64,000 nucleotides of DNA, taken from the UHGV virus genome UHGV-1550212. The stretch is one strand, 5' to 3'. The notes under the pieces are model-generated. The model ran no database searches. It was not told where the DNA came from and saw nothing but the letters and a program-made list of their open reading frames with translations. The translations under genes and the position numbers were made by a program. This DNA comes from a virus. Below are positions 45,942-54,897 of this stretch, one piece after another. Position 1 is the first letter of the stretch, and every line of letters begins with the position of its first letter.

Positions 45942-47483
45942 TTATCTACTTGCAGAATCCCGCATTGAAGTCATGACTTGCTCTTGAATTGTTATAGGCA
46001 TGATGTTGAAGTCTGACAATTCAGCAATGTCATCAACGTCAAGAGCTCTCAATGTATCTGTGGTGCAACAAGTCACAATGATTGACTTGCGAACAAACTC
46101 ATCTGCGACATTCCACAATAGTTGACAAATTGCTCGATTGTCAAGACAAATTTCATTAACTGTACGAACAAGACTGTACCATGCAGTCACATTGTTGCGT
46201 TTCAGAGTTTCAAGCATATATCGTGCAAGCCCAAAACCTGCTACATATAACCCAGTCTGTTTGTTGAATGACTCGATTGCGTATGCATCAAACAATGCTT
46301 CTGTCATCAAGGGCATTGCTGCAGTCATTCTGTAGTATCGATAGTCAACGCAGACAATTAGCCAGTTAACATATGAATTGACTGCATATGCATATGCCTT
46401 GAAGCCAAGGTCATTCAAGATTTTGCAAACAGCATTGTAAGTCGATTCATCAGCATTGCCAAAGTTTGCAAGCAACTTAACTTTCAGAATGTCTTCACCA
46501 ATTGCATTTCTTGTAGCAGTGAATGATGGCATACATGCAAAGCTTCTTTTGCAGATGTCTGTGATAAGTTGCTGTGCATCATTTACAAGTTGTCTTGCAG
46601 CCTCAGCACGTTTTTCAGACTGTGCTTGATATTTTGGTCGCAACTGTGATGAGCCAGTCGCAGCACCATATCGCATAGCAGCTTGCCAGTCCTTGAGATT
46701 ATTTTGCAATTCACGAACATAGTCTGCAGCAACCATTGCAGATGGAGTTCTTTGTTGCTCGATTAGTTTGTTGATGTTTGCAAGCACATCTGATGCAAAC
46801 ATATCTTTTGGCTTGACTCTTGCAATTTCAGCAAGCACTGCCGGTACACGAGCAATACCGCGAGGTTCATTTGAAACTACTACTGCATAGTCTACAAGTG
46901 CCTCACATACAAGCTGCTCATCAACAAAGTACTCAGGATTCTGCACAGCATCTTCAACAACTGCAATCAATGTTGCTCTACGATTGTCATCAGGTTTGTT
47001 GCCAAACAGCTCAATGTACAGCATGTCTGCTTGCTGGTCTGTCATTGAACCTGCGATGTCAATTGACTTTGCAAGTTTGTTAAGCAGTTCAGCTTGCTTA
47101 CTTGACAATCTGACTTTGTATGACGACTCTACGGCTTCTTTGACTGCTTTGAGTTTTCTATCAATGTCAAGGCTGCTTTCATTGACATTCATGCCGACAA
47201 TACTTGCAGCTTCAGTGTTAAATTGCTCAACAGTTTCTGCTGCAGTTATTGGCACTGACACAATAGATTGTTTTGCATTTGCTGCAAGCTGATTGAGTCG
47301 ATTGACTGCTTCAGAATCTTGCACAACTGCAAGATATCTTACGCACAGCTCATCAATCTGTGAAAGATAACTTTGGGTCATGTTTATCGAAAAAATGTTG
47401 TTTCTTGACGAATAGCTGTTGGATGCAATTTGCGGAAACACTTCGACATTTCTAAGTTCTGATGATGACAACAATGTTTCCAT
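45942..47483 (-). CDS. Hypothetical protein (513 aa)
   Basis: Long ORF; no motif recognised. Confidence 0.55.
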   Translation of the reverse strand: METLLSSSELRNVEVFPQIASNSYSSRNNIFSINMTQSYLSQIDELCVRYLAVVQDSEAVNRLNQLAANAKQSIVSVPITAAETVEQFNTEAASIVGMNVNESSLDIDRKLKAVKEAVESSYKVRLSSKQAELLNKLAKSIDIAGSMTDQQADMLYIELFGNKPDDNRRATLIAVVEDAVQNPEYFVDEQLVCEALVDYAVVVSNEPRGIARVPAVLAEIARVKPKDMFASDVLANINKLIEQQRTPSAMVAADYVRELQNNLKDWQAAMRYGAATGSSQLRPKYQAQSEKRAEAARQLVNDAQQLITDICKRSFACMPSFTATRNAIGEDILKVKLLANFGNADESTYNAVCKILNDLGFKAYAYAVNSYVNWLIVCVDYRYYRMTAAMPLMTEALFDAYAIESFNKQTGLYVAGFGLARYMLETLKRNNVTAWYSLVRTVNEICLDNRAICQLLWNVADEFVRKSIIVTCCTTDTLRALDVDDIAELSDFNIMPITIQEQVMTSMRDSASR

Positions 47484-47495
47484 GTGATATGTATT

Positions 47496-48104
47496 TTAGC
47501 CTGCAAACTCATTGATTTTTAGGTCATTTGTCGTAACTGCAAAGCAATCAATGTGCAGCCATGTGACGTCTTTTTCTATACGACAACGATGCGGCAATTC
47601 ATCTGCATGCTCTTTAATGAGCTTTCGCATTTCTGCAGCAGTCATATCTGCAGACTGACAATCAATTGCTGCGCCATTACAATGAGCACTCAAATAAAGC
47701 TTGTTTGCAAGCGTTTTGTCTTTTGGAATTTGACAAATATTGCATCGTAAGCCACGTTGACTCATTGCGCCGCCTTTAGCCCAATTATTGACACATAACG
47801 GCACTTTCAGCACAAATTTGCGTAATGCAAGCAGCAAATCAAGCAGTTCTCTGTCAAGAAACTGCCAAGAATTATCGCCAAACTTGTCATAGCAGTGTTT
47901 GCATACAAGTTCTTTTATGCTGAAATATTGCTTAAGCTCTGCAATAACAGAGTCTCTTGAAGCACTTGCAATATCTGCAATGTTAGTTATGCTGTTGTTG
48001 CTGTTGTTCATGTTGTCTGTCAAGTTCTTTGCATTTGCACTCATTTCGTTCACCCATGACTTTTGTAATACCTGCAGTTGCAAACATGCCTGCGACTGCG
48101 CCAA
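47496..48104 (-). CDS. Peptidase M15-family cell-wall hydrolase (endolysin candidate); true start probably internal (MNNSNNS, about 48011)
   Basis: Zinc-ligand motifs YLSAHCNGAAIDCQSADM (SxHxxGxAxD) and TWLHID (WxHxD). ORF-track N-terminus overlaps the holin-like gene out of frame. Confidence 0.6.
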   Translation of the reverse strand: MAQSQACLQLQVLQKSWVNEMSANAKNLTDNMNNSNNSITNIADIASASRDSVIAELKQYFSIKELVCKHCYDKFGDNSWQFLDRELLDLLLALRKFVLKVPLCVNNWAKGGAMSQRGLRCNICQIPKDKTLANKLYLSAHCNGAAIDCQSADMTAAEMRKLIKEHADELPHRCRIEKDVTWLHIDCFAVTTNDLKINEFAG

Positions 48105-48294
48105 TTATGCCTGCAACTGCGCCAAGTTGTTCAGTTGTTTTGCCAGTTGCTACGACTTCCCATATGATTGCAAAACAAACAACGAGTAATATAAAGATGC
48201 CTATAAAAGTCACAGCTACGACAAAAAATGATTTGACTGACACACCAGTGTCATTCGTCACTAAGTTGCGCATTGTAAATTTGTTGTTATTCAT
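47983..48294 (-). CDS. Holin-like small membrane protein
   Basis: Two hydrophobic helices (FFVVAVTFIGIFILLVVCFAIIW; LGAVAGIIGAVAGMFATAGI) and a charged C-terminus; directly upstream of the M15 peptidase. Confidence 0.5.
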   Translation of the reverse strand: MNNNKFTMRNLVTNDTGVSVKSFFVVAVTFIGIFILLVVCFAIIWEVVATGKTTEQLGAVAGIIGAVAGMFATAGITKVMGERNECKCKELDRQHEQQQQQHN

Positions 48295-48396
48295 AGGGAT
48301 GGCGAACTGTACACATTGTGCATATTGTACACACTATATATTGTATGTGTTTGTATATGTATTTTAACAGGCATTAGCAAACAATACAAAAACAAC

Positions 48397-48438
48397 AAAT
48401 GAAAGTGGCCCAGATGTATATCTGAGCCACTTTCATTT
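48397..48438 (-). terminator. Hairpin (13-bp stem aaatgaaagtggc / gccactttcattt with inner stem cagat / atctg)
   Basis: Inverted repeat between the nucleotidyltransferase-kinase gene end and the holin start. Confidence 0.5.
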
Positions 48439-48455
48439 ATCGTATAGTCTGTTTA

Positions 48456-50111
48456 TTATGCAAGTAGTGTTTGCAGCATATAGCAGCCTTTTGCATATGC
48501 AACAATTGCTTTTGCAGGATTGTTCTTGATGTATGCAGGTAACTTGAGCCAAATCAATGACACAAGTACTTTCTGTCGCAGCGTCAAATCAAGTTCATCG
48601 ATATTGTAGCCAATGACTTTTGCTCTGACATCGCCATCAACATAATCGAATTGCTGATATGCTGACTGATTGAATGCATCATAGCCAGACAAGCCATACG
48701 CAAACTTTGCAATGTCATAATCGATGTCACCTGTCATCTTAACGTCACCAAAGTAGCCTCTTGGGTCAATGAACATGCATTTTGATGAATCTGCACTGAA
48801 CATCGTATTTGACGTATTCGGGTCACCATGAATGAATGACCAATTTTCGCATGCATAGTCAATTGAATCTTCTTGCGACAAGAAGAGTCTTAACTTGCTC
48901 ATCAGTTCATCGAATGGCATCAATGCAATGCCATTGAATGATTTGATGCCTGCTACAAGTGACTTGACTTCAGCATATCTTGCAATAGTAGTCTCAATGT
49001 ACTCTTTGCGCATTGCGTCAATCATTTGTTGTCTGCTAACGGGCCAAATCTCGTCATTGTCAAGATTGCTTGCATGCAATTCATTGATTGACTGCTTGAA
49101 TGTCGTCATGCAGCCGCGCGCAATTGCAGCATATCTACGCTCAATATCAACTTTATTGAGGAACTGATGCACAGTCACTCCGTTAATTTTCGACATTTTG
49201 ATGAAGTCTTCACCAGTTTCAAATATCGATGGAATGACTGTTGATTCTGCATTCATCGCATGACGATACCACTCTTGCTCTTTCTGAATGAGTGCCAAGC
49301 CTCGAGCATTTGTAGCAGATTTTGTAACAATATCGCCATCAATGCTAATGCTATTGAAATATCGCACTTCATTGTCACGTGCAGTCTTGACTGCTTCACT
49401 GACAAATACACCACGTTCACCATATGAATGACAACCAGCAATTTCATATCTGTCTACAAATGTAACGTTGGTCATCAAATCAGCAAAATCAGCATTGCTA
49501 TCATTGTGCTGCATATCAATGACATTGTTATGAAATGCTGCAGGTACATAGTATGCACCGACAATGCCACTATGATATGTTGACTCACATATGTGGTCAA
49601 GCATATATGATTCTGCATCTGCATATGAACCTACTTTGTTGTACACTTCTGCAGGAATAAGATGAAGTCTGCAATCAATATCATTTGACGTGCAGCAAGT
49701 TATGCAGCCAGTTTTGAATTTGTCAAGTGGCAATTCAATATCGCCAAGCCACACATCAGACCAATGATAGAATACATTGCATTCACCAATGTTGTTAGCA
49801 ATAAACATTGCTACATCTGCGCATGCTTTTGCTGAGCCATCAGCTTTGTCATGCACAATAGTTGACAATTTGATATCTGGCGCAAATGCTGCAGCATGTT
49901 CATGAATCATTGCTGCATGAGTGTCATTTGCACATGCAACAATGAATTCATCAAACTGTTGAGCATAGGATGTCAAAATCTTTGCGAGCACTGTTTGTTT
50001 GCCTGCATTTACAAGCGTTTTTGGAATGTAGTTATTACCAGTCATTGTTGACATGCGAGTGCCCAAACCACATGCAATGATTGCTAACACATTTGGATAT
50101 TGATGAGACAT
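48456..50111 (-). CDS. Bifunctional sugar-phosphate nucleotidyltransferase + aminoglycoside-phosphotransferase/choline-kinase-fold kinase
   Basis: N-terminal LAIIACGLGTRMSTMTGNNYIPKTLV resembles the LicC/RmlA-type signature; C-terminal kinase motifs FIHGDPNTSN (HGDxxxxN) and FIDPRG. Start at MSHQYPNV (ATG 50111). Confidence 0.65.
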   Translation of the reverse strand: MSHQYPNVLAIIACGLGTRMSTMTGNNYIPKTLVNAGKQTVLAKILTSYAQQFDEFIVACANDTHAAMIHEHAAAFAPDIKLSTIVHDKADGSAKACADVAMFIANNIGECNVFYHWSDVWLGDIELPLDKFKTGCITCCTSNDIDCRLHLIPAEVYNKVGSYADAESYMLDHICESTYHSGIVGAYYVPAAFHNNVIDMQHNDSNADFADLMTNVTFVDRYEIAGCHSYGERGVFVSEAVKTARDNEVRYFNSISIDGDIVTKSATNARGLALIQKEQEWYRHAMNAESTVIPSIFETGEDFIKMSKINGVTVHQFLNKVDIERRYAAIARGCMTTFKQSINELHASNLDNDEIWPVSRQQMIDAMRKEYIETTIARYAEVKSLVAGIKSFNGIALMPFDELMSKLRLFLSQEDSIDYACENWSFIHGDPNTSNTMFSADSSKCMFIDPRGYFGDVKMTGDIDYDIAKFAYGLSGYDAFNQSAYQQFDYVDGDVRAKVIGYNIDELDLTLRQKVLVSLIWLKLPAYIKNNPAKAIVAYAKGCYMLQTLLA

Positions 50112-50136
50112 TGTGTAGTGTTGCTTATATGAAAAT

Positions 50137-50192
50137 ATTGTACAACATGCATTGCAAATTTGCAATGATACAACATGCATTGCTATTTTGCA
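50137..50192 (-). promoter_or_regulatory. Two tandem promoter-like motifs; the first contains the 18-bp palindrome cattgcaaatttgcaatg
   Basis: attgtacaacatgcattgcaaatttgca + atgatacaacatgcattgctattttgca, 26 nt upstream of ATG 50111. Confidence 0.5.
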
Positions 50193-50440
50193 AGATGACA
50201 ATGCTTACGCCATACTGCAATTTCAACATCTGTAGCAAAATCAAAGTGCAAGCCATGCAATTGTTTCATGTCATATTGACGTCTTGCAATATACTTGTTG
50301 CCAACTCGCTCAACAACAGAACCAACTTCTACTACATTTTTAGAATGTCGTGGCTCATGTAATGGCACTCTGAATATGTATCTGCCATCTAATGTTGACA
50401 TTATATCACCATTGTCAATTATGCCTGTTTGCCTGCTCAT
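50183..50440 (-). CDS. Hypothetical small protein (85 aa)
   Basis: ORF overlapping the promoter-like repeats of the downstream gene; weak. Confidence 0.3.
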   Translation of the reverse strand: MSRQTGIIDNGDIMSTLDGRYIFRVPLHEPRHSKNVVEVGSVVERVGNKYIARRQYDMKQLHGLHFDFATDVEIAVWRKHCHLAK

Positions 50441-50455
50441 TGTTAAAGCATCAAG

Positions 50456-51130
50456 TTATTTTTGAATGTCTGCAAGTTCTGCTGCAATTCTATTGTATGC
50501 TAATATGTGCTTAATTGCGTCATCAAGCAGCTTGTTAAATTCAAGATACTGCTGCAGCACTTTGTCATTCTGCAATGACTGCTCAAGCGCAGCATAATCA
50601 CCTGCAAACGGGCGATTCATTGACAGACCAAAGTTCTTCGCGCATTTAGCATAAAAAGCATTGTACTCTGCAGCATCAATCGGTGTCGCGTCATGAGCAT
50701 TAAGCGCACTTTCACTGAGCAATGGGATTGTAAGTTTTCTGCAACGAGTAAACTCATCTTTGTCGACATACAGCACAGAACAACGAACGACATGGTCTTC
50801 TGCATTCATGCCGCCAGTCAACAAATCCATGTCCCAATCGAAGCAAATGTTGTAGATGTACAGCATCACAGTTCGATGTTTTTTGTAGACAAATTTCCAG
50901 TATCGAGACTTCTTGCATATATCTTTGATATGCTGCAAGTCATGCATAAATTTGTCATACGATATCGCATCAAAGCGAGGCAATGATTTGTTGTCAATGA
51001 ATGCGTTTGCTGCATCTGCACAACGTTTGAATTCTGCTTGATGCATATTTAGCTCTTCTGTGCGCTTTGCTACAAGTGCTTCATATTCTGCTTTTGCAAG
51101 TTCAAGTCTTGCTTCATACAAACTTTGCAT
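50456..51130 (-). CDS. Hypothetical protein (224 aa)
   Basis: ORF; no motif recognised. Confidence 0.5.
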   Translation of the reverse strand: MQSLYEARLELAKAEYEALVAKRTEELNMHQAEFKRCADAANAFIDNKSLPRFDAISYDKFMHDLQHIKDICKKSRYWKFVYKKHRTVMLYIYNICFDWDMDLLTGGMNAEDHVVRCSVLYVDKDEFTRCRKLTIPLLSESALNAHDATPIDAAEYNAFYAKCAKNFGLSMNRPFAGDYAALEQSLQNDKVLQQYLEFNKLLDDAIKHILAYNRIAAELADIQK

Positions 51131-51155
51131 ATTTGTGTACGTTTATGAGTTTCTG

Positions 51156-51611
51156 TTAAAATTTGCCATCTGCTACTTGAAAGCATCGATAGCCAAGCTC
51201 TCGCCATTTAGCAACCATAGAATCACGGTCTTCAAGTATAAACGCGATTTGTTTCAGCTCATCTTCAGACAAGGCTTCTACAAGCAATTCAGGCTTGACA
51301 AGTGTATCATGACGTTTATCACCATCTTTTCGCATAAGAATTTGCGGATTGACGATTCTGCCATCTGTATGCTGTGCAAGCCAAATTTCTGTCATTTGTC
51401 TACAGCTTTCACGACGACCTGTGCAGAATATGATTCTGTAGCCAACTTGCTGCAAATCGCAAAGCAAGTCAAGCACAGTCATAATGGGCATGTCTTCATG
51501 ACAGTGTGCATAAAACGCATCCCAATCTTTGTTTGATTGTTGAAGATATTTTAGACGGTCGCCAACTTTTGAAATTGTTCCGTCAATGTCGCATATAATG
51601 ATATTTGCCAT
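51156..51611 (-). CDS. HAD-family polynucleotide 3'-phosphatase-like protein (resembles the phosphatase domain of T4 polynucleotide kinase)
   Basis: IIICDIDGTIS (DxDGT), IIFCTGRRE, and C-terminal ILEDRDSMVAKWRELGYRCFQVADGKF, which matches my recollection of the T4 Pnk tail [27 protein letters not shown]. Confidence 0.6.
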   Translation of the reverse strand: MANIIICDIDGTISKVGDRLKYLQQSNKDWDAFYAHCHEDMPIMTVLDLLCDLQQVGYRIIFCTGRRESCRQMTEIWLAQHTDGRIVNPQILMRKDGDKRHDTLVKPELLVEALSEDELKQIAFILEDRDSMVAKWRELGYRCFQVADGKF

Positions 51612-51630
51612 GATGTGTATGCTTATGAAA

Positions 51631-51654
51631 GGAAGAGCTCAATTGAGCTCTTCC
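51631..51654 (-). terminator. Palindromic hairpin ggaagagctc-aatt-gagctcttcc
   Basis: Perfect 24-bp palindrome 20 nt upstream of the phosphatase start and downstream of the preceding gene. Confidence 0.45.
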
Positions 51655-51685
51655 TGATAGTCAACTTGATAAACCTCTACGAAAA

Positions 51686-52558
51686 TCAAGCCTGACTACT
51701 TTTGTTGATTACGAGATACTTGTATCGTTCTTTGATTGTGATGTTCTTTGATTTTGCAGCCTCGATTTCTTTGCGTTCCTTGGAGGAATAGTTGAACTTG
51801 ATATAGTCGGAGAACAATTCGGGCTTATCTGCTACTTCATTGTTCTTGACTTCTTTTACAAGAGTTTGCTGAAACTCATTGATTGTAGTGAAACCGAGGA
51901 ATGACTGGAACTTGTTAAGCGGAAACAGCTTATCTGTGTTGTCCTCGAATGTCGGGAATTCGTCAGAATACGTAATTTCAATTTGGTCTACAAAATATCT
52001 GAGTTTTTCCCAGGGTTCCTTGCCAATGAGGAGAATGTTCTGATGGTCGAGTTTTTCCTCGAACATTTCCAGGAGACATTCGTATGATTTTACGAGACGA
52101 ACTCCAGGATATGTAATTGATGCAATTGAACGAGGTTTGTGAGTCGTCTTAACTTCTTTATTGTACGTTTCCTCGTCAATGCAATAGATGTATCGCTTAA
52201 CCTTGTCGTATTCTTTAGGAAGATAGTTGTTGTCAAGGAATTGCTTGTCAACTACAATGAAACTGAAAGGATAGAGTTCATTGAATCGTTGGCGAAGCTG
52301 TTCTGTTGCAAGGAAGAAATGCGAGCCATCTTTTGCTGCAAATTCCATATTTGAATTGCATCCTGCATATGCAATGTATCTGTTTCGCTTCCATTTGAGG
52401 AATCGACTTACCAGGTTCTTTTCGAAGATGTCCTTGTATTTGAAGTTAGTGTCCCAGTACTCCTTAACAATTCCATCTTGCATTTTTCTTGACAATTTTG
52501 AATTGTCTACCGGCCTATCAGTAAAAACTGAAGGTTTGTTTGCGTTGTATAATCCCAT
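51686..52558 (-). CDS. Hypothetical protein (290 aa) with codon usage unlike its neighbours
   Basis: ORF whose sense strand is visibly richer in GAG/CTC/CGA/TCC-type codons than flanking AT-rich genes; no motif recognised. Confidence 0.5.
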   Translation of the reverse strand: MGLYNANKPSVFTDRPVDNSKLSRKMQDGIVKEYWDTNFKYKDIFEKNLVSRFLKWKRNRYIAYAGCNSNMEFAAKDGSHFFLATEQLRQRFNELYPFSFIVVDKQFLDNNYLPKEYDKVKRYIYCIDEETYNKEVKTTHKPRSIASITYPGVRLVKSYECLLEMFEEKLDHQNILLIGKEPWEKLRYFVDQIEITYSDEFPTFEDNTDKLFPLNKFQSFLGFTTINEFQQTLVKEVKNNEVADKPELFSDYIKFNYSSKERKEIEAAKSKNITIKERYKYLVINKSSQA

Positions 52559-52595
52559 TGTAGTAGAGGTTTGTTAATTTATTATTTATAGATAT

Positions 52596-52624
52596 ATAAT
52601 ACTACGACAATGCAAATTTTGCAC
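52596..52624 (-). promoter_or_regulatory. Promoter-like motif (sense GTGCAAAATTTGCATTGTCGTAGTATTATA)
   Basis: About 38 nt upstream of the start at 52558. Confidence 0.45.
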
Positions 52625-52653
52625 TGTCGTAGCATAAAAGTTTACACATTTTT

Positions 52654-53004
52654 TTACAAATGTGAGAACAACTTATTCGTAACTCGTTCAATTGCAAATT
52701 CAACACCATATTGCAATAACTGTTCAGTGCTAAATGACCTTGCTGCACGTGCAGGTGCTACAATATGCTTTGATTGCGCATACAAAATCCAAGTATCAGT
52801 TGGCCTGTCATAAGTAACTGTCAGTCTGTATGTTTGCAACACAAACTCTTGACTAAAGTGTTCTCTTCGCCAAAACTCTGGTTCTGCAATATGCAAATCA
52901 AACCAAGCAAACTCAAACAAGATTTGTTCGAGTTGACGTTGATGCTTGCGTTCAGCACGATATGTACCGCTGAACAGATACTTGATGATGTTCATCATTT
53001 GCAA
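52654..53004 (-). CDS. Hypothetical protein (116 aa)
   Basis: ORF. Confidence 0.45.
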   Translation of the reverse strand: MQMMNIIKYLFSGTYRAERKHQRQLEQILFEFAWFDLHIAEPEFWRREHFSQEFVLQTYRLTVTYDRPTDTWILYAQSKHIVAPARAARSFSTEQLLQYGVEFAIERVTNKLFSHL

Positions 53005-53711
53005 TCATTATGCTGAGTATGAATTGCGTTGCCCTGTGAATCCAAGCGAATCGCAGTTTGCATTGCGACTTCAGATTGTATTTGTTCTGCCACATAAGAC
53101 TTTCCGATGCCCCCGCCTGGATGTACTGCCCTGAACCTATCAAAATCTGTGCCCAGCTGCTCAGCAACAGACAGCATGATATTATCACCAACGAGCTGAG
53201 ATGCCAGCAGAGAATTCGTCGGAATTCGCGGATTGCGTGAGTCCTCATCAATTGCTGGCAATGACACAAGCAAATCTGCCCAAGCATTCATATCAGTGAC
53301 CTTGCCACCAGCAAAGTTGATGCCAATGATTTGGCAATTCGGTGCAAGCAATTCACGATGTTCACGAAGATATGTCATTGCAGTTGCAAGTTCAGATGTG
53401 TTGCCAGTTTTGCTGAATGCTACAATAACATCGTTGTTTCGAATCATGCCAAAGTCACCATGCATTGCATGCACTGCATCAAAGAATGATGCGTTCAATG
53501 ACAAGCAATAACATGTTGCAGCAAGTTTTTCACAGCAATGCACATTTTTACCAATGCCAGTGAACAACACTTTGCCATCAGACTTCAATGCATTTGCAAT
53601 GATATCTGCTGCAATACCAAGAACGTCATATTGCGCATCTGAAATATTGTTGTGCCATGCTACAAGCGATTCAACTGATGCAGCAATGCCTTTGTGTACA
53701 AGTGTTTTCAT
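52995..53711 (-). CDS. SIS-domain sugar-phosphate isomerase, arabinose-5-phosphate isomerase-like (KdsD/KpsF-type SIS domain without CBS domains)
   Basis: GKVLFTGIGKN, HGDFGMI, VIVAFSKTGNTSEL and FRAVHPGGGIGK line up with the KdsD motifs GKVVVMGMGKSG / HGDLGMV / VIAISNSGES / SHPGGALGRKLL as I recall them. Start at MKTLVHKG (ATG 53711). Confidence 0.75.
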   Translation of the reverse strand: MKTLVHKGIAASVESLVAWHNNISDAQYDVLGIAADIIANALKSDGKVLFTGIGKNVHCCEKLAATCYCLSLNASFFDAVHAMHGDFGMIRNNDVIVAFSKTGNTSELATAMTYLREHRELLAPNCQIIGINFAGGKVTDMNAWADLLVSLPAIDEDSRNPRIPTNSLLASQLVGDNIMLSVAEQLGTDFDRFRAVHPGGGIGKSYVAEQIQSEVAMQTAIRLDSQGNAIHTQHNDCK

Positions 53712-53730
53712 TTTTGTGATGTTTGAAGGT

Positions 53731-54411
53731 TCAAAGAAACTTGAGTTTTGACAGCATTTCAGTGTCTTGTTCAGTGTTGATGCAGAGCTCTTGCATAACA
53801 TCAAGCAATGCAGACCATAATTGCTCATATGATTTGCCGTTGTTCATAACAACAGCGTCAACAAACAGCTCATCTATGTGTTGTTCACTTGAATGACTGA
53901 TGTTTTGCTTGACATCATCATTGACAATTTTAATGAGTTTGAAACCTCTTGAACGCAATGCGGTCGCTTCGTTTGGATATCGACAATCGCCAACACAAAT
54001 AAGTGCTTCATTATGACAATTGTCAAGTCGATACAGCAAACTGTTTACAAAGAAGTCTTCACCATACAGTTTCTTGAGCGCATCTGAAACATCAAGATGC
54101 ACATTGCGAATCGATGAACCTGCAAACTCTACAAAGTGTTTCTGTTTGAATGCATTGTTATGCAAGTCTTGCAAATTGTAGCCCAGTGTACTTGCAATAA
54201 ATGCTTTCAGTGGCTTTGCAAAGCACTCATATGCAAGATTGCAGCCACATGGCCAGTATGGATTTGCTTCAATTTGCTGCAAAGTTGATGTGTAAATGCC
54301 ATCAATTACAGTGAACTTGCATTTAGTCATGACTCGAATCATCGCCCAAGCCAAATCTTTGCCTACGCCTGCATGACCAACAAGCGCAATTTTTGTTATG
54401 TCATCATTCAT
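53731..54411 (-). CDS. Deoxynucleoside monophosphate kinase (T4 gp1-like)
   Basis: P-loop KIALVGHAGVGKDLAWAMI versus T4 gp1 KLIFLSGVKRSGKDTTADFI; C-terminal D-x-R ... E pattern also similar. Confidence 0.65.
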   Translation of the reverse strand: MNDDITKIALVGHAGVGKDLAWAMIRVMTKCKFTVIDGIYTSTLQQIEANPYWPCGCNLAYECFAKPLKAFIASTLGYNLQDLHNNAFKQKHFVEFAGSSIRNVHLDVSDALKKLYGEDFFVNSLLYRLDNCHNEALICVGDCRYPNEATALRSRGFKLIKIVNDDVKQNISHSSEQHIDELFVDAVVMNNGKSYEQLWSALLDVMQELCINTEQDTEMLSKLKFL

Positions 54412-54793
54412 TGCACCACTGTTTAAGAGTCACAAAATTGTTGAAGTCTGCATAAAAGTCATCACCACCGTTAAGCATTGCGACATTCTCAAGTTCATTG
54501 AGAATGATTTGCTTATCAATGACTATTGCAAGAGCGTCAAAGTCTTCTTTTGATTGCAAGTTAAGTAGCACAGGATGACCTTTGAGTCTTGTAGTTAATG
54601 TTGCTGGCAGTCTATGCACAGACTTCTTTTTCTTTGACTGCGTAGGATGTTTTGAGCGCTTTCTTGTAGCAGTCAGCTGAATATCATAATCAATTTCAAG
54701 CAAACCTGCATCTTGCATTACAAAATTGAGATTAACATGCACAGGATACTTTTGCTGAATGTCTATGAATTCTTGTAATTTGTCGTTTATCAT
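54404..54793 (-). CDS. Hypothetical protein (start at MINDKLQEF)
   Basis: ORF 54404..54886 trimmed because a promoter-like motif (54817-54845) and hairpin (54852-54879) lie inside the longer N-terminal extension. Confidence 0.45.
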   Translation of the reverse strand: MINDKLQEFIDIQQKYPVHVNLNFVMQDAGLLEIDYDIQLTATRKRSKHPTQSKKKKSVHRLPATLTTRLKGHPVLLNLQSKEDFDALAIVIDKQIILNELENVAMLNGGDDFYADFNNFVTLKQWCNE

Positions 54794-54816
54794 TTGAAAT
54801 GCATTTGTATATGATA

Positions 54817-54845
54817 ATTGTACCACGTATGCATCAACTTTGCAC
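54817..54845 (-). promoter_or_regulatory. Promoter-like motif (sense GTGCAAAGTTGATGCATACGTGGTACAATT)
   Basis: 24 nt upstream of ATG 54793. Confidence 0.45.
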
Positions 54846-54851
54846 ACAAAA

Positions 54852-54879
54852 CAAGACCAGCTCAATTGAGCTGGTCTTG
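54852..54879 (-). terminator. Hairpin caagaccagctc-aatt-gagctggtcttg
   Basis: 12-bp perfect stem; shares the core agctcaattgagct with the hairpin at 51631-51654. Confidence 0.5.
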
Positions 54880-54897
54880 CGGTCATATGTAGACTTC

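Noticed and set aside
51156-51611. HAD phosphatase considered as the sugar-phosphate phosphatase of the putative arabinose pathway
   Set aside because: Its C-terminal 27 residues match the T4 polynucleotide kinase phosphatase tail (as I recall it) far better than sugar phosphatases, so it is annotated as a polynucleotide 3'-phosphatase; a sugar role is not excluded.
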